Assembly: GCA_021825295.1 (NCBI GenBank)
Contig: JAKAHV010000002.1
Location: 3,141-67,140 of the forward strand
Source of the DNA: Nitrospirota bacterium
GTDB lineage: Bacteria > Nitrospirota > Thermodesulfovibrionia > Thermodesulfovibrionales > JdFR-88
Direction of reading: 5' to 3'
Length of the DNA stretch: 64,000 nt
In this document: piece after piece, positions 26,208 to 37,949 of the stretch
Numbering within the stretch: the stretch's first letter is position 1
How the letters are laid out: each line of letters begins with the position of its first letter
Program-made: the position numbers and the translations under genes
The notes under the pieces: model-generated
Databases searched by the model: none
What the model saw: the letters and a program-made list of their open reading frames with translations, nothing else
What the model was told of the DNA's origin: nothing

Positions 26208-27515
26208 ATGAGCAACGCGGAGAGGCCTCTGACCGGGGATTTCAGGGCCGACGGCAGACCGCTTGGCATTGGCGAATACGAAAAAACGGGCGGCTATCTC
26301 GCCCTGCGCCGCGCCCTGAAGGAGATGTCTCCCGCGGGGGTGATGGACGAGGTGAAGGACTCCAGGCTGAGAGGGCGCGGGGGCGCGGGTTTCCCGACCG
26401 GCTCCAAGTGGAGCTTCGTGCCTTCCGGCGCGGACGTTTTTTCCTCCGGGCCGAAATTCATCGTGGCTAACGCCGACGAGATGGAGCCCGGCACATTCAA
26501 GGACCGGATACTCATGGAGAACAATCCGCACATGCTCATAGAGGGGATGCTGCTTGGCGCTTACGCGACAGGCGCGGACTGCGCGTATATATTTGTCCGG
26601 GGGGAGTACTTCGGGTCTGCGAGGGCGATCGGGAAGGCCGTGGCCGAGGCATACGGGAAAAACTACCTGGGCAAAAATATTCTGGGCTCCGGGTTCAATC
26701 TGGAAATGCACCTCCATATGAGCGCAGGCCGCTACATGTGCGGGGAGGAGACGGGGCTTCTGAATTCCCTTGAGGGCAAAAGGGCGATCCCCAGAACGAA
26801 GCCGCCCTATCCGCAGGTGAGCGGCTTCATGGGCAGGCCCACGGTGGTCAATAACGTGGAGACCCTCTGCAACGTGCCGCATATCATAAGAAACGGGGCG
26901 GAATGGTTCAGGGGGCTCAGCCGGGGATTCTCCGGGGACGGCGGCACGAAGATATATGGCGCAAGCGGCAGGGTGAAGAGGCCGGGGGCCTGGGAGCTTC
27001 CGATAGGGACGACGGCCAGGGAGATACTGGAGGAGCACGCGGGCGGCATGCGCGACGGGTTCCGGTTTCGCGGGCTGCTGCCTGGCGGGGCCTCCACCGA
27101 ATTTTTGCTCGAAGAGCACCTGGATGTGAGGATGGATTTCGATTCCGTCCAGAAAGTTGGCAGCCGCATGGGCACCGGCACGATGATCATCCTGGACGAC
27201 AGGACGTGCCCGGTGGGGATGCAGTTGAGCCTTCAGAAATTTTTCGCCCGCGAGTCCTGCGGCTGGTGCACCCCATGCCGCGAGGGTTTGTCCTGGGTCG
27301 TCCACATGCTCGGGGCGATAGAGGAGGGGCAGGGCGAGATGGAAGACATCGACCTGCTGCTTGAGCAGGCGCGGCTTCTGGCGCCGGGGCATACCTTCTG
27401 CGCGCTTGCCCCGGGGGCGGCGGAGCCTCTTGGCAGCGGGGTAAAGTATTTCAGGCAGGATTTTGAGAGGCACATAAGGGAAAAACACTGCCCATGGAAG
27501 ATAAAAAACTCGTAA
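26208..27515 (+). CDS. nuoF: NADH-quinone oxidoreductase subunit F
   Basis: RGRGGAGFPTGSKWSF (FMN/NADH site). ESCGWCTPCREG (N3 cluster). Confidence 0.95.
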   Translation: MSNAERPLTGDFRADGRPLGIGEYEKTGGYLALRRALKEMSPAGVMDEVKDSRLRGRGGAGFPTGSKWSFVPSGADVFSSGPKFIVANADEMEPGTFKDRILMENNPHMLIEGMLLGAYATGADCAYIFVRGEYFGSARAIGKAVAEAYGKNYLGKNILGSGFNLEMHLHMSAGRYMCGEETGLLNSLEGKRAIPRTKPPYPQVSGFMGRPTVVNNVETLCNVPHIIRNGAEWFRGLSRGFSGDGGTKIYGASGRVKRPGAWELPIGTTAREILEEHAGGMRDGFRFRGLLPGGASTEFLLEEHLDVRMDFDSVQKVGSRMGTGTMIILDDRTCPVGMQLSLQKFFARESCGWCTPCREGLSWVVHMLGAIEEGQGEMEDIDLLLEQARLLAPGHTFCALAPGAAEPLGSGVKYFRQDFERHIREKHCPWKIKNS

Positions 27516-30268
27516 CCGTATACATAGAGGACAAGCCATACCGGGTGAGGCCGGACCAGAGCATGCTCGACGCCTGCCTGTCGCTTGGTTTCGACCTGCC
27601 GTATTTCTGCTGGCATCCGGCCATGCACTCGGTCGGGGCCTGCCGCCAGTGCGCCGTGAAGCAGTTCAAAGACGAAAACGACCGGAAGGGCATGATCGTG
27701 ATGGCCTGCATGACCCCCGCCGGGGAGGGCACAAGGATATCGATAAAGGACCCTGAAGCGGTTGAGTTCAGGGCAAAGGTGATCGAATGGCTCATGCTGA
27801 ACCATCCTCACGATTGCCCGGTATGCGACGAGGGCGGGGAGTGCCATCTCCAGGACATGACCGTGATGACGGGGCATGCCTACCGGAGGACCCGCTTCAG
27901 GAAGCGGACCCACCGGAACCAGTACCTGGGGCCTTTTGTGAACCATGAGATGAACCGCTGCATCCAGTGCTACAGGTGCGTCCGCTTTTATAACGATTAC
28001 GCCGGGGGAAGGGATTTCGGGGTTTTCGCCGCCCATGACAACGTCTATTTTGGCAGGCAGGAGGACGGGGTTTTGGAGAGCGAGTTCAGCGGCAACCTGG
28101 TCGAGGTCTGCCCGACCGGCGTCTTCACGGACAGGACGCTGAAGATGCACTACACGAGGAAGTGGGACCTGCAGACCGCCCCCTCCGTCTGTGTGCACTG
28201 CGGGCTTGGCTGCAATACCATCCCCGGCGAGCGTTACGGGACGCTGCGGCGCATAAGAAACCGCTATAACGGGCAGGTAAACGGGTATTTTATCTGCGAC
28301 CGCGGCCGCTACGGGTACGAATTCGCAAACAGCGCCACGCGCATCCGCCGTCCCTATCGCATCACTTATGGGAAGGCCGGTGAGAAGATCGAAAATGCGC
28401 TCGAAGAGGGCAAGGTCCTGCCGCATGTGAAATCGCTTCTTCAGGGCGCAAAGGGGATAATAGGCATAGGCTCGCCCAGGGCGTCGCTGGAGGCGAACTA
28501 TCTGCTTAAAAAATTTTGCGGTCCCGGCAACTTTTACGCGGGGTTTTCGGATGCGGAATTCAATCTGGTGGGGAGAATAATTTCGGTCCTGACCGGAGGG
28601 CCCGTCAAAGCCCCGGCGCTCAGGGAGGTGGCGGAAGCGGACGCCGTCTTCGTCCTCGGTGAAGATGTGTCCGGCACGGCCCCGATGCTGGGGCTTGCCA
28701 TTCGCCAGGCGGTAAGGCAAAAACCGGTTGAGGCCGTAATAAAATCCGGCATCCCGGCGTGGAACGATTATGCCGTAAGGCAGGCCGTGCAAAACGATAA
28801 GGGCCCGTTTTTTATTGCAACAAGCGCCGCAACCAGGATTGACTCGCTCGCGGAGGGGACCTTTCATGGCGCTCCGGACGATATCGCCAGGCTGGGCTTC
28901 GCCGTGGCGGCGGCCATTTCCCCGGAAGCCCCCGCCCCGGATGGGTCTTTGCCGGAGGCGGCGGCCGGACTGGTCCCGCGCATAGCCGCGCGCCTCAGGG
29001 AGGCGAAGCGTCCCGTAATCATCTCTGGAACGGGGGCCGGAAGCCGGGCGGTGATAGAGGCGGCCTTCAATGTGGCAAAATCGCTTTTCGACTCCGGAAA
29101 GGATGCCGGATTGTGCTATGTGGCGGCCGAATGCAACAGCATCGGGCTTGGGCTCATGGGCGGCAAAAGCTTGAGGGAGGCTGTCGGGGCGGTAAGAGAG
29201 AACCGGGCCGACACCGTGATTGTCCTTGAAAACGACATCTTCGACCGGCTGAGCGCCCCCGAGGCCGAGGCCCTGCTTTCGGCCCGGCAGGTGATCTCGA
29301 TTGATCACCTGCCAAACCACACGGTGTCGATGGCCCATACGGTGCTGCCGGCCGCGGTCTTCGCGGAGGGCACGGGCACGTTTGTCAGCAATGAGGGGCG
29401 CGCGCAGCGGTTTTACAGGGTCTATGTGCCGGCCGGACAGGTAGAGGAGAGCTGGCGGTGGCTGTCGGAATTCCTAGCCGCCTCTGCGGGCGCGAAATTC
29501 TTTACCGTCGACGATGTCCAGCGGGCCATGGCCGGGGAATTGCCTGCCTTTGGCGGCGTGCCCGCCGCCGCCCCGCCTGCGGATTTCCGCATCTCGGGGC
29601 TTAAAATCCCGCGCCAGCCCCACCGCTACAGCGGACGGACCTCCATCCATGCGGATGTTGACGTGAACGAGCCCAAACCCCCGGCGGACCCGGACTCCCC
29701 TCTTTCATTTTCCATGGAGGGGTTCGATGGCCGGCCCCCCTCCGCCCTTATCAGCCGTTTCTGGGCCCCAGGCTGGAACTCCGTGCAGGCCGTAAACAAG
29801 TTTCAAAGCGAGGTTGGCGGCCGGCTCCGCGGCGGGGACCCCGGGCAAAGGCTGATAGGGCCCGCTGGAAAGGAAAAGTCCCTTCCGTATTTTACCGGCA
29901 TCCCCGCCCCATTCACGCGTTTGGAGGGTAAATTCCTTGTAGTGCCGCTCTATCACGTCTTCGGGTCTGAGAAGCTAAGCGCGCTGTCGCCCCCGGTCTC
30001 GGAACTTGTGCCCTCCCCCTATCTCGCCCTCAACCCTGAAGACGCGGGCGAACTGGGCTGCACGGAGGGCATGGAAATCAGGTTGATTGTGGAAGATGTA
30101 TTTTTCCGTCTGGCCGCAAGGCTTGACGCTTCCATTGCGCGCGGTGTCGCCGGTTTCCCGTTGGGGCTGCCCGGGCTTCACGGGATCACGTTGCCCTCGT
30201 GGGGGCGGATCGGCATACCCCCCGGCGTCCGGGAGGCGGCAGAGGAAAGTGGGGAAGACCGTGCCTGA
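27494..30268 (+). CDS. nuoG: NADH-quinone oxidoreductase subunit G
   Basis: 924 aa. [49 protein letters not shown] cluster motifs. Overlaps nuoF by 22 nt. Confidence 0.9.
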   Translation: MEDKKLVTVYIEDKPYRVRPDQSMLDACLSLGFDLPYFCWHPAMHSVGACRQCAVKQFKDENDRKGMIVMACMTPAGEGTRISIKDPEAVEFRAKVIEWLMLNHPHDCPVCDEGGECHLQDMTVMTGHAYRRTRFRKRTHRNQYLGPFVNHEMNRCIQCYRCVRFYNDYAGGRDFGVFAAHDNVYFGRQEDGVLESEFSGNLVEVCPTGVFTDRTLKMHYTRKWDLQTAPSVCVHCGLGCNTIPGERYGTLRRIRNRYNGQVNGYFICDRGRYGYEFANSATRIRRPYRITYGKAGEKIENALEEGKVLPHVKSLLQGAKGIIGIGSPRASLEANYLLKKFCGPGNFYAGFSDAEFNLVGRIISVLTGGPVKAPALREVAEADAVFVLGEDVSGTAPMLGLAIRQAVRQKPVEAVIKSGIPAWNDYAVRQAVQNDKGPFFIATSAATRIDSLAEGTFHGAPDDIARLGFAVAAAISPEAPAPDGSLPEAAAGLVPRIAARLREAKRPVIISGTGAGSRAVIEAAFNVAKSLFDSGKDAGLCYVAAECNSIGLGLMGGKSLREAVGAVRENRADTVIVLENDIFDRLSAPEAEALLSARQVISIDHLPNHTVSMAHTVLPAAVFAEGTGTFVSNEGRAQRFYRVYVPAGQVEESWRWLSEFLAASAGAKFFTVDDVQRAMAGELPAFGGVPAAAPPADFRISGLKIPRQPHRYSGRTSIHADVDVNEPKPPADPDSPLSFSMEGFDGRPPSALISRFWAPGWNSVQAVNKFQSEVGGRLRGGDPGQRLIGPAGKEKSLPYFTGIPAPFTRLEGKFLVVPLYHVFGSEKLSALSPPVSELVPSPYLALNPEDAGELGCTEGMEIRLIVEDVFFRLAARLDASIARGVAGFPLGLPGLHGITLPSWGRIGIPPGVREAAEESGEDRA

Positions 30269-31214
30269 GACCATAAGACACCTGATAATCGTCTTTGGCG
30301 TCCTCGCCGTGATGATGAGCATCGCCGCGGGGCTTATATGGGTTGAAAGGAGGCTTCTTGGGTTCTGGCAGGACCGGTACGGGCCGAACCGCGTGGGGCC
30401 TTTCGGGATTCTCCAGCCCCTTGCCGACATGATAAAGGTGTTCGCGAAAGAAGACTGGGTGCCCCCGTTTGCCGACAGGCCCGTCTTCATCCTCGCCCCG
30501 GCGATCATAGTCGTTACGGTGCTGCTGGCGTTTGCCGTGGTCCCGTTCGCGCCCTCCATCTCGGTTGCCGACCTGAACGTTGGCCTTCTTTATTTCCTCG
30601 CGCTCTCCTCCCTGGGGGTCTACAGCGTGGCGCTTGGCGGATGGGCCTCCGACAACAAGTATGCGCTCATCGGGGCGCTCAGGGCCTCGGCGCAGATGAT
30701 AAGCTATGAGGTATTCATGGGGCTTTCGCTCATGGGCGTGGTGATGCTCGCCGGCTCCTTCAACCTCCGCGCGATCGTGGAGGCGCAAAGAAGGCTCTGG
30801 TTCGTGGTGCCCCAGTTTTTCGGGTTCGTCATCTTCCTCATAGCCGGGGTGGCCGAGACCCACCGCCTGCCATTCGACCTGCCGGAGGCGGAAAGCGAGC
30901 TTGTGGCAGGGTTCCATTCGGAGTATTCTGGCATGAAGTTCGGGCTTTTCTTCGTGGGCGAGTACCTGGGGATAACGCTCATATCGGCGCTCATCGCCAC
31001 GTTCTTTTTCGGCGGCTGGCTTGGCCCCCTGCTGCCGCCGGCCGTCTGGTTTTTCATAAAGACGTTTTTTTTCATCGGGGTTTTTATCCTGCTGAGGGCG
31101 ACACTGCCCAGGCCCAGGTATGACCAGCTCATAAGGCTGGGCTGGAAGGTCATGCTGCCGCTGGCGCTTGCCAACCTGGTTGTCACGGGAGGGATAATAC
31201 TTGCGGCGGGCTAG
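30261..31214 (+). CDS. nuoH: NADH-quinone oxidoreductase subunit H
   Basis: GTG 30261 overlaps the nuoG stop (GTG 30249 is also possible). [33 protein letters not shown]. The upstream part of ORF 30087.. lies inside nuoG and is rejected. Confidence 0.85.
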   Translation: MPETIRHLIIVFGVLAVMMSIAAGLIWVERRLLGFWQDRYGPNRVGPFGILQPLADMIKVFAKEDWVPPFADRPVFILAPAIIVVTVLLAFAVVPFAPSISVADLNVGLLYFLALSSLGVYSVALGGWASDNKYALIGALRASAQMISYEVFMGLSLMGVVMLAGSFNLRAIVEAQRRLWFVVPQFFGFVIFLIAGVAETHRLPFDLPEAESELVAGFHSEYSGMKFGLFFVGEYLGITLISALIATFFFGGWLGPLLPPAVWFFIKTFFFIGVFILLRATLPRPRYDQLIRLGWKVMLPLALANLVVTGGIILAAG

Positions 31215-31231
31215 AAGGATGGCGTAATGCG

Positions 31232-31747
31232 ATGCTGAGCATCCTGAGGGCGGTTTGGACCGTCTTTCTGCATCTGTTCAAGCGCAAGGTGACGGTCCTT
31301 TACCCGGAGGAGAGACCCCGCATACCGCCAAGGTGGCGCGGCAGAATCATACTTTCCCGCGACCCGGACGGGCAGGAGAGGTGCGTTGCCTGCCATCTTT
31401 GCGCGGTCGCCTGCCCTGTGGGCTGCATAGCGCTTCAGGCGGCCGAGGACGAATACGGCAGGCGGTACCCGGAGTTTTTCCGGATAAATTTCTCACGGTG
31501 CATATTCTGCGGGTTCTGCGAGGAGGCCTGCCCAACGTATGCGATACAGCTTACAAACGATTTCGAGATGAGCGAGTACCATCGCCATAACCTGGTCTAC
31601 GAGAAGCAGGACCTTCTTATAAGCGGCACGGGCAAATACCCTGGATATAATTTCTATAAGGTGGCCGGGCTGTCCATAAAGGGCAAGGACAAGGGCGAAA
31701 ATGAAAACGAATTGCCGCCGGTGGATGTTAAAGGATTGATGCCGTGA
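31232..31747 (+). CDS. nuoI: NADH-quinone oxidoreductase subunit I
   Basis: Two 4Fe-4S boxes: [12 protein letters not shown] and [12 protein letters not shown]. Confidence 0.95.
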   Translation: MLSILRAVWTVFLHLFKRKVTVLYPEERPRIPPRWRGRIILSRDPDGQERCVACHLCAVACPVGCIALQAAEDEYGRRYPEFFRINFSRCIFCGFCEEACPTYAIQLTNDFEMSEYHRHNLVYEKQDLLISGTGKYPGYNFYKVAGLSIKGKDKGENENELPPVDVKGLMP

Positions 31748-31811
31748 ATCTTTTTTGAAACCCCTGCTCCGGGGCAAAGGGTTTCACATTTAACAGAGGG
31801 GGTCTGAAGAC

Positions 31812-32351
31812 ATGGAGGGCGTATTTTACATGGCGGCGGCCGTCGCGGTGATTTCCACCGCGCTAGTCATCGTTCAGATGAATGTGGTCCACGCGCTGCT
31901 GTATCTGATCCTGTCGCTGCTTTCGGCGGCCGTGATATTCGTCACTCTGGGCGCGCCGTTTGTCGCCGCCCTGGAGGTCATCATCTATGCGGGCGCGATC
32001 ATGATACTTTTTGTCTTCGTGATAATGATGCTCAACCTGGGGACCCAGTCCGCCGGCATGGAGAGGCAGTGGATGAGGGCGGGCATGTGGGCGGGGCCCG
32101 CGGTCCTGGCCCTGCTTCTGCTGGCGGACGTCATTTACATGCTCGCCGTTTCACCGCGTGTTTCCGGATATGCCGCCAAGGCGGCCGGGCCCAGGGAGGT
32201 GGGGATTGCGCTCTTCGGGCCTTATCTGATCGGCGTGGAGCTTGCCTCTGTTTTGCTGCTGGCGGGCCTCGTCGGTTCGTTTCACCTGGGCAGGTCCGTG
32301 CGGCAGCGTCTGCCGGAAGAGGGCGAGGCCGGGGGCGGGGAGGGAGATTGA
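31812..32351 (+). CDS. nuoJ: NADH-quinone oxidoreductase subunit J
   Basis: 179 aa hydrophobic protein. ...[29 protein letters not shown]... Position in operon. Confidence 0.85.
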   Translation: MEGVFYMAAAVAVISTALVIVQMNVVHALLYLILSLLSAAVIFVTLGAPFVAALEVIIYAGAIMILFVFVIMMLNLGTQSAGMERQWMRAGMWAGPAVLALLLLADVIYMLAVSPRVSGYAAKAAGPREVGIALFGPYLIGVELASVLLLAGLVGSFHLGRSVRQRLPEEGEAGGGEGD

Positions 32352-32352
32352 T

Positions 32353-32661
32353 ATGGCCGCGGTCCCCATGGAACATGTGTTCGTGCTTGCCTGGGTGCTC
32401 TTCATAACAGGGCTTGTGGGCGTGCTGGTGCGCAGGAACCTGCTTTTTATCCTCATGTCCGTGGAGATAATGCTCAACGCCTCCGGGCTTGCCTTCATCG
32501 CCGCGGGCTTCAAATGGGGACAGCCCGACGGGCAGGTGATGTTCATATTCATTCTGGCAATGGCTGCCGCCGAGGTCTCCGTGGGGCTGGCGCTTGTGCT
32601 GCTGGCATACCGGCAGTTCAGGAGCCTGGACGCTGACCAGGCAAGCAGGATGAGGGGATAA
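32353..32661 (+). CDS. nuoK: NADH-quinone oxidoreductase subunit K
   Basis: ATG 32353. [26 protein letters not shown]...[11 protein letters not shown]. Confidence 0.9.
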   Translation: MAAVPMEHVFVLAWVLFITGLVGVLVRRNLLFILMSVEIMLNASGLAFIAAGFKWGQPDGQVMFIFILAMAAAEVSVGLALVLLAYRQFRSLDADQASRMRG

Positions 32662-32668
32662 GGATAAA

Positions 32669-34561
32669 ATGCTATCGCTATTGTGGCTTGTGCCTGCCCT
32701 TCCGTTTGCGGGTTTTCTGGCGCTGGCCCTGTTCGGCCGGCGCATGGGGGCTTTCGCGGCGGCGGTCGGGACCGGCTCGGTGGGGCTTTCCGCTTTGTTT
32801 GCCCTGGCCGTGGCGGCCGGTTTCATAAGTTCCCCGCCCCCTGCGCGCATCTATACGCAGAGCCTCTGGGACTGGATAAACGTGGGGGGGTTCAAGCCGG
32901 GCATCCTTCTCTATCTCGATTCGCTTTCCCTGGTGATGGTGCTTGTGGTGACGGTAGTCGGTTTTCTCATCCATCTCTACTCGGCCGAGTTCATGGAGGC
33001 CGACGACGGCTACAGCCGTTTTTTCGCCTACATGAACCTGTTTGTGGGCTCGATGCTCGTGCTGGTGCTGGCCGGCAACCTCCTTCTCCTCTACCTCGGA
33101 TGGGAGGGCGTGGGCCTTTGCAGCTATCTGCTTATCGGTTTCTGGTACAGGCAGCCCGAAAACGGGGCCGCGGCGATAAAGGCTTTCGTGGTGACGCGCA
33201 TCGGGGACACGGCGCTTGCAATCGGGCTTTTCTTCCTCTTCTTGAACCTTGGCACGCTCGATATACAGAAGATGATGAATATGGCCGCGCTCCGCTGGCA
33301 GGCGGGCTCCGCCTACCCGGAGATTGCCGCCGCGCTTATCCTTGGCGGCGCGCTCGGCAAGTCCGCGCAGCTTCCGCTTCAGACCTGGCTGCCCGACGCC
33401 ATGGCGGGCCCCACCCCTGTGTCGGCCCTGATACACGCGGCAACCATGGTGACGGCGGGCGTCTATCTGATCGCGCGGACGAACGTGATTTTCACGATGG
33501 CCCCCGCGGTGCAATTCGCCGTGGCGGTAATCGGCGCGGCAACGCTTCTGCTGTCCGCGGCGAGCGCGCTTGTGCAGCATGACATCAAGCGGGTGCTTGC
33601 ATATTCGACCATAAGCCAGATCGGCTATATGTTCCTTGCCCTTGGGGTCGGGGCCTGGTCCGCCGCTATATTCCACCTGATGACTCACGCCTTTTTCAAG
33701 GCGCTTTTGTTCCTTGGCGCCGGCGCGGTCATCTCCGGACTGGACGGGGAGCACGATATATTCAAGATGGGCGGACTCAGGCGTCAAATGCCCGTTGCCT
33801 TCTGGTGCTTCCTTACGGGGGCCTGCTCGCTTGCGGCCCTTCCCCTGGTGACGGCCGGATTCTACAGCAAGGGGCTCATCCTTTTCAGCGCCTGGCAGTC
33901 CAGGCGGGCGGGCTTCTGGCTGTGGGCGGCCGGCATAGCGGGCGCGCTTCTTACATCCATTTATATCTTCCGGCTGGTGTTCATCGTCTTTTTCGGGAAG
34001 CCGAAGACCGCCGTGGTGAAAAAGCCCGGCCCGCGCATCGTCATCCCGCTTGTTGCGCTCGCCTTTTTGTCCATTGTGGGAGGGTTCGTCAACATGCCCG
34101 CCTTTTTCGGCGTAAAGGATGTTTTCTCGCGTTTTCTGGAAAGCGTGTTTCCCGTGCCGCCCCAGGCGGCCTCCCTGCCGGAGACGGAGCTTCTGCTTGA
34201 AACCGTATCGGCGATAGTCTCCCTTGCGGGCGTGTACGTGGCCTACTTCTTCTTCCTCGCGGCCCCGGAGTATTCCGAGGAGATGGCGCGCACCGCCCCC
34301 GGCAGGGCGCTCGGGAAATTCTGGTTTTCCGGCTGGGGGTTTGACTGGCTCTACGAAAAGGCCCTTGTTTCCCCGTACAGATGGTTTGCGAGGGCAAACA
34401 GGAATGACGCCGTGGACCTCATCTATTCCTTCATAGCGGCCGCAAGCAGGTTTTTCCACTACGGGCTCAGTCTCTCCCAGACGGGCAAGGTGAGGTTTTA
34501 TGCCGCCGTGCTTGCGCTGGGGGCCGTCATCACAATAACCATAGCGGTGCTTGCAAGATGA
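32669..34561 (+). CDS. nuoL: NADH-quinone oxidoreductase subunit L
   Basis: 630 aa antiporter-like subunit. GWEGVGLCSYLLIGFWY...KSAQLPLQTWLPDAMAGPTPVSALIHAATMVTAGVY. Confidence 0.95.
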   Translation: MLSLLWLVPALPFAGFLALALFGRRMGAFAAAVGTGSVGLSALFALAVAAGFISSPPPARIYTQSLWDWINVGGFKPGILLYLDSLSLVMVLVVTVVGFLIHLYSAEFMEADDGYSRFFAYMNLFVGSMLVLVLAGNLLLLYLGWEGVGLCSYLLIGFWYRQPENGAAAIKAFVVTRIGDTALAIGLFFLFLNLGTLDIQKMMNMAALRWQAGSAYPEIAAALILGGALGKSAQLPLQTWLPDAMAGPTPVSALIHAATMVTAGVYLIARTNVIFTMAPAVQFAVAVIGAATLLLSAASALVQHDIKRVLAYSTISQIGYMFLALGVGAWSAAIFHLMTHAFFKALLFLGAGAVISGLDGEHDIFKMGGLRRQMPVAFWCFLTGACSLAALPLVTAGFYSKGLILFSAWQSRRAGFWLWAAGIAGALLTSIYIFRLVFIVFFGKPKTAVVKKPGPRIVIPLVALAFLSIVGGFVNMPAFFGVKDVFSRFLESVFPVPPQAASLPETELLLETVSAIVSLAGVYVAYFFFLAAPEYSEEMARTAPGRALGKFWFSGWGFDWLYEKALVSPYRWFARANRNDAVDLIYSFIAAASRFFHYGLSLSQTGKVRFYAAVLALGAVITITIAVLAR

Positions 34562-34580
34562 GAGGAGCGGGAAGTTTCAG

Positions 34581-36227
34581 ATGATCCTTCTCTGGCTGAT
34601 AATCGTGCCTTTTGCGGGCGGGGTCGCGGCCTGGATTCTCGGCCTGCGCGGAAGGGGCGGAGGATCCGCCGCCAGGTGGGCCTCCATTGCCGCCCTGGCC
34701 GTCGACCTTGCGCTGCTGGCGGCAATTCTGGCCGGCCGCTCCGCCGCTGCCGGCCGGCACGGGGACTTTTTCCTGGAGGCCAGGGCGGGCTGGGTCCCCC
34801 AGTTGGGCATCTCCATCCATCTTGGAATGGACGGCCTGAGCCTTCTGCTTGTATTTCTTACGGTCTTTATGGGCATCGTTTCGGTCGTCGCCTCGTGGAC
34901 CGAGATCACCGAAAGGGCGGGGTTTTTCCATTTCAACCTGTTGTGGTGCCTGGCCGGGGTAATCGGAGTTTTTCTTTCCATGGACCTTTTTCTCTTCTAT
35001 TTCTTCTGGGAGATGATGCTTGTGCCCATGTACTTCCTCATCGCCATATGGGGGCATGAAAGGCGGACTTACGCGGCCATAAAATTTTTCATCTTCACCC
35101 AGCTTGGCGGCCTTTTGATGCTGATGGCTATTCTTGGGCTTTACTTCATCCACGGCTCACAGACAGGCGCATACACGTTCGATTATTTCGATCTCATCGG
35201 CACCCGTATGTCTTCGGCCGCCGCCTTCTGGCTCATGCTCGGCTTTTTCGTGTCATTTGCCGTAAAGCTGCCGGCCGTGCCCGTTCACAGCTGGCTTCCC
35301 GACGCCCATACTGAGGCGCCTACCGCAGGCAGCGTGATACTGGCCGGGCTCCTGCTTAAGACCGGGGCTTACGGGATGCTTCGCTTCATGGTCCCCCTTT
35401 TCCCGGACGCCTCGCAAAGATTCGCGCCCGTGGGAATGGCGGTGGGCATAATCGGCATCCTCTACGGCGCGGTCCTTGCATTCGGCCAGACGGACCTGAA
35501 GAGGCTCATAGCGGACACCAGCATCAGCCATATGGGGTTCATCCTGGTTGGCATATTCGCGTGGAACGGGCTTGCGCTCCAGGGCGTCACGATGCAGATA
35601 ATCAGCCATGCCATAAGCACAGGGATGCTCTTTATTCTTGTCGGGGCGCTCCAGGAGCGCATCCATACCCGCGACATGGACCTCATGGGACGGCTCTGGG
35701 AGAAGGTCCCGGTGATGGGGGGGGTGGCGATGGTCTTCGCCCTTGCCTCGCTGGGGCTGCCCGGCCTGGGGAACTTCGTGGCGGAGTTTCTTATTCTCCT
35801 CGGGGCGTTCAGGGCAAACCCCGCAGCGAGCGCGGCGGCCTCGCTGGGGCTTATAGTTTCGACCGTTTATGCCCTGTGGATAATGCAGAGGGTCTTTCAC
35901 GGCGATGAGCGCACACGGTGGACTTTGCCGGATATGTCCGTCAGGGAAAAAGGTGTCGCGGCTGCCATGATCGTCGCCATAGTCTGGCTCGGCCTCTACC
36001 CGCAGCCAGTGATAAACGAGGCGGCCCCGGCGCTTGACGGCCTCCGGAGGATTTCAATTTCAGGCCCGCAGGCGGTAAAAATCCCGGCGCCTGATTTCAG
36101 GCTGACAGCGGCAGCGAAGGCCGTCCCGTTGCCGGCGGAAGAAGACCCGGCATTCGATAAAAAGGCGCGGGTTGTGCCGGACATCTCGAGCCAAAAATCG
36201 GGGGAAGGCGTGAATGAGCGGCCCTGA
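34581..36227 (+). CDS. nuoM: NADH-quinone oxidoreductase subunit M (with hydrophilic C-terminal tail)
   Basis: ATG 34581 (MILLWLIIVPFAGG). FFWEMMLVPMYFLIAIWG...VKLPAVPVHSWLPDAHTEAPTAGSVILAG. The last ~60 aa are non-membrane (…GPQAVKIPAPDF…KSGEGVNERP). Confidence 0.9.
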   Translation: MILLWLIIVPFAGGVAAWILGLRGRGGGSAARWASIAALAVDLALLAAILAGRSAAAGRHGDFFLEARAGWVPQLGISIHLGMDGLSLLLVFLTVFMGIVSVVASWTEITERAGFFHFNLLWCLAGVIGVFLSMDLFLFYFFWEMMLVPMYFLIAIWGHERRTYAAIKFFIFTQLGGLLMLMAILGLYFIHGSQTGAYTFDYFDLIGTRMSSAAAFWLMLGFFVSFAVKLPAVPVHSWLPDAHTEAPTAGSVILAGLLLKTGAYGMLRFMVPLFPDASQRFAPVGMAVGIIGILYGAVLAFGQTDLKRLIADTSISHMGFILVGIFAWNGLALQGVTMQIISHAISTGMLFILVGALQERIHTRDMDLMGRLWEKVPVMGGVAMVFALASLGLPGLGNFVAEFLILLGAFRANPAASAAASLGLIVSTVYALWIMQRVFHGDERTRWTLPDMSVREKGVAAAMIVAIVWLGLYPQPVINEAAPALDGLRRISISGPQAVKIPAPDFRLTAAAKAVPLPAEEDPAFDKKARVVPDISSQKSGEGVNERP

Positions 36228-37662
36228 TTTCCTTGCGCTCCTGCCGCTTGTGCTTGTCTCGGCCATGCCTGTCGTGGTCATGCTGGCCATCGCCTTCTTC
36301 CGGGACCATGTGCTCGCGGCGGCGCTTACGCTGCTTGGGCTCCTCGTTTGTTTTGCCTCGCTTCCGTTTGCGGCCTCATACGCCCCCAGGCATATAACGC
36401 CGCTTTTGATAATCGACAACTACGCCCTGTTCTACATGGGCCTCATATTTGCCGCGACGTTCGCCGTGGCCGTCCTCTCCTACAGTTACCTTGGGATGCT
36501 CCGCGTGCGGCGCGAGGAGTTTTACGTCCTTCTTCTGCTTGCCGCCGCGGGCTCGTCCGTTCTCGTGGCAAGCGCGCATTTCGCATCTTTCTTCCTGGGG
36601 CTCGAGACCCTGAGCGTGTCGCTTTACGCCCTTGTTTCCTATCCTTCGTCGAGGGAAAAGGCGATTGAGGCGGGCGTGAAATACCTGGTGCTGGCGGCGG
36701 TCTCCTCGGCATTCCTTCTTTTCGGCATGGCGCTTGTTTACGGGCAGCTTGGGACAATGGAGTTTTCGGGGATAGCAGAGGGGGCGGCGGGGCTCCGCGC
36801 TGCAAGCCCGGCGTTTCTTGGCGCCATCGCCCTCATCGTGGTGGGCTTCGGCTTCAAGCTGGCGGTCGCCCCCTTTCACATGTGGACGCCAGACGTGTAC
36901 GAGGGCGCCCCCGCGCCCGTTTCGGCATTCGTGGCCACGGTCTCGAAGGGGGCTGTATTTGCGCTTTTTCTGCGGTACTTCGCGCGGGTGGACATCCACC
37001 AGATGGGCTCCCTGGTGCTGGCCGCCACGGTAATCTCCATAGCGTCGATGTTCACAGGCAACCTGCTCGCCCTCCTTCAGCAAAACGTAAAGCGCATCCT
37101 CGCGTACTCCTCGATAGCGCACCTGGGCTACCTTGTTGTCGCCTTTCTGGCCAGCGGGGCCCTGCGGGTGACGGCGGTTTCATATTACCTGGTCTCCTAT
37201 TTCATCGCGATGCTGGGGGCCTTCGGGGTCGTCTCAGTGCTTTCAGGCAGGGAAGGCGACGCCGTGGACCTCGATGCATACCGCGGGCTATCCTCCAGGC
37301 GGCCGTTCATAACCGGCGTGTTTTCCGCGATGCTTTTTTCCCTGGCCGGCATCCCCCTGACCGCCGGTTTCATAGGCAAGTTCTACGTTATCGCGGCGGG
37401 CGCGGGCTCGGCCCTCTGGCTGCTGATTTCCATGCTGGTGGTAAACAGCGCAATCGGGGTTTACTACTACATCCGCGTGATAATAACCATGTATTCCGCG
37501 AGGGCCGAAGGGGAGACGGCGGAAACCGCCCTTTCCAAGGGGGCCGTTTCCCTCGGGGGCGGGCTTCTTCTGGCCGCGCTCACCCTGGGGCTTGTCTGGC
37601 TTGGCGTCTATCCATCCCCCCTCGTCTCGCTCATCCAGAAGACAATCCAGGGCCTGAGGTAG
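36214..37662 (+). CDS. nuoN: NADH-quinone oxidoreductase subunit N
   Basis: 482 aa. FKLAVAPFHMWTPDVYEGAPAPVSAFVATVSKGA. Overlaps nuoM by 14 nt. Confidence 0.9.
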   Translation: MSGPDFLALLPLVLVSAMPVVVMLAIAFFRDHVLAAALTLLGLLVCFASLPFAASYAPRHITPLLIIDNYALFYMGLIFAATFAVAVLSYSYLGMLRVRREEFYVLLLLAAAGSSVLVASAHFASFFLGLETLSVSLYALVSYPSSREKAIEAGVKYLVLAAVSSAFLLFGMALVYGQLGTMEFSGIAEGAAGLRAASPAFLGAIALIVVGFGFKLAVAPFHMWTPDVYEGAPAPVSAFVATVSKGAVFALFLRYFARVDIHQMGSLVLAATVISIASMFTGNLLALLQQNVKRILAYSSIAHLGYLVVAFLASGALRVTAVSYYLVSYFIAMLGAFGVVSVLSGREGDAVDLDAYRGLSSRRPFITGVFSAMLFSLAGIPLTAGFIGKFYVIAAGAGSALWLLISMLVVNSAIGVYYYIRVIITMYSARAEGETAETALSKGAVSLGGGLLLAALTLGLVWLGVYPSPLVSLIQKTIQGLR

Positions 37663-37949
37663 CGCCTTGAAGTGTAAGATTTCCCAACGGGATTTGCAAT
37701 GTTTTCCTTACACAAAGCGCTCCTCTTTTTTACTGGAAATAAAGGAAAATCAATTAAAACAAACATTCTTCGAATTGGCATTTGTCTTGCTTGATTTCAG
37801 GGCGTTCCGAATCTGAGAAGCGGCCTTTCCGGGCGGGGGCTGTCTAAAAAAAGTTTTTCGGTTGGTCTTTCCCTGCGGCAAGGGGACTGGTTCCCTGAAC
37901 AATACGATGCAACACGCGAGCTATCCGTTTGGAAGGATGGAGGGTGGAG

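Noticed and set aside
27233-29338. Very long antisense ORFs opposite real genes: 27233..29338(-), 3001..4053(-), 13582..14700(-), 26181..27539(-), 32678..34459(-), 47790..49235(-), 59681..60874(-), 8568..9287(+ frame run)
   Set aside because: These are typical shadow ORFs of GC-rich DNA. Their translations are Arg/Pro/Gly/Ala-rich with no motifs. They lie opposite or out of frame to genes with unambiguous family signatures.
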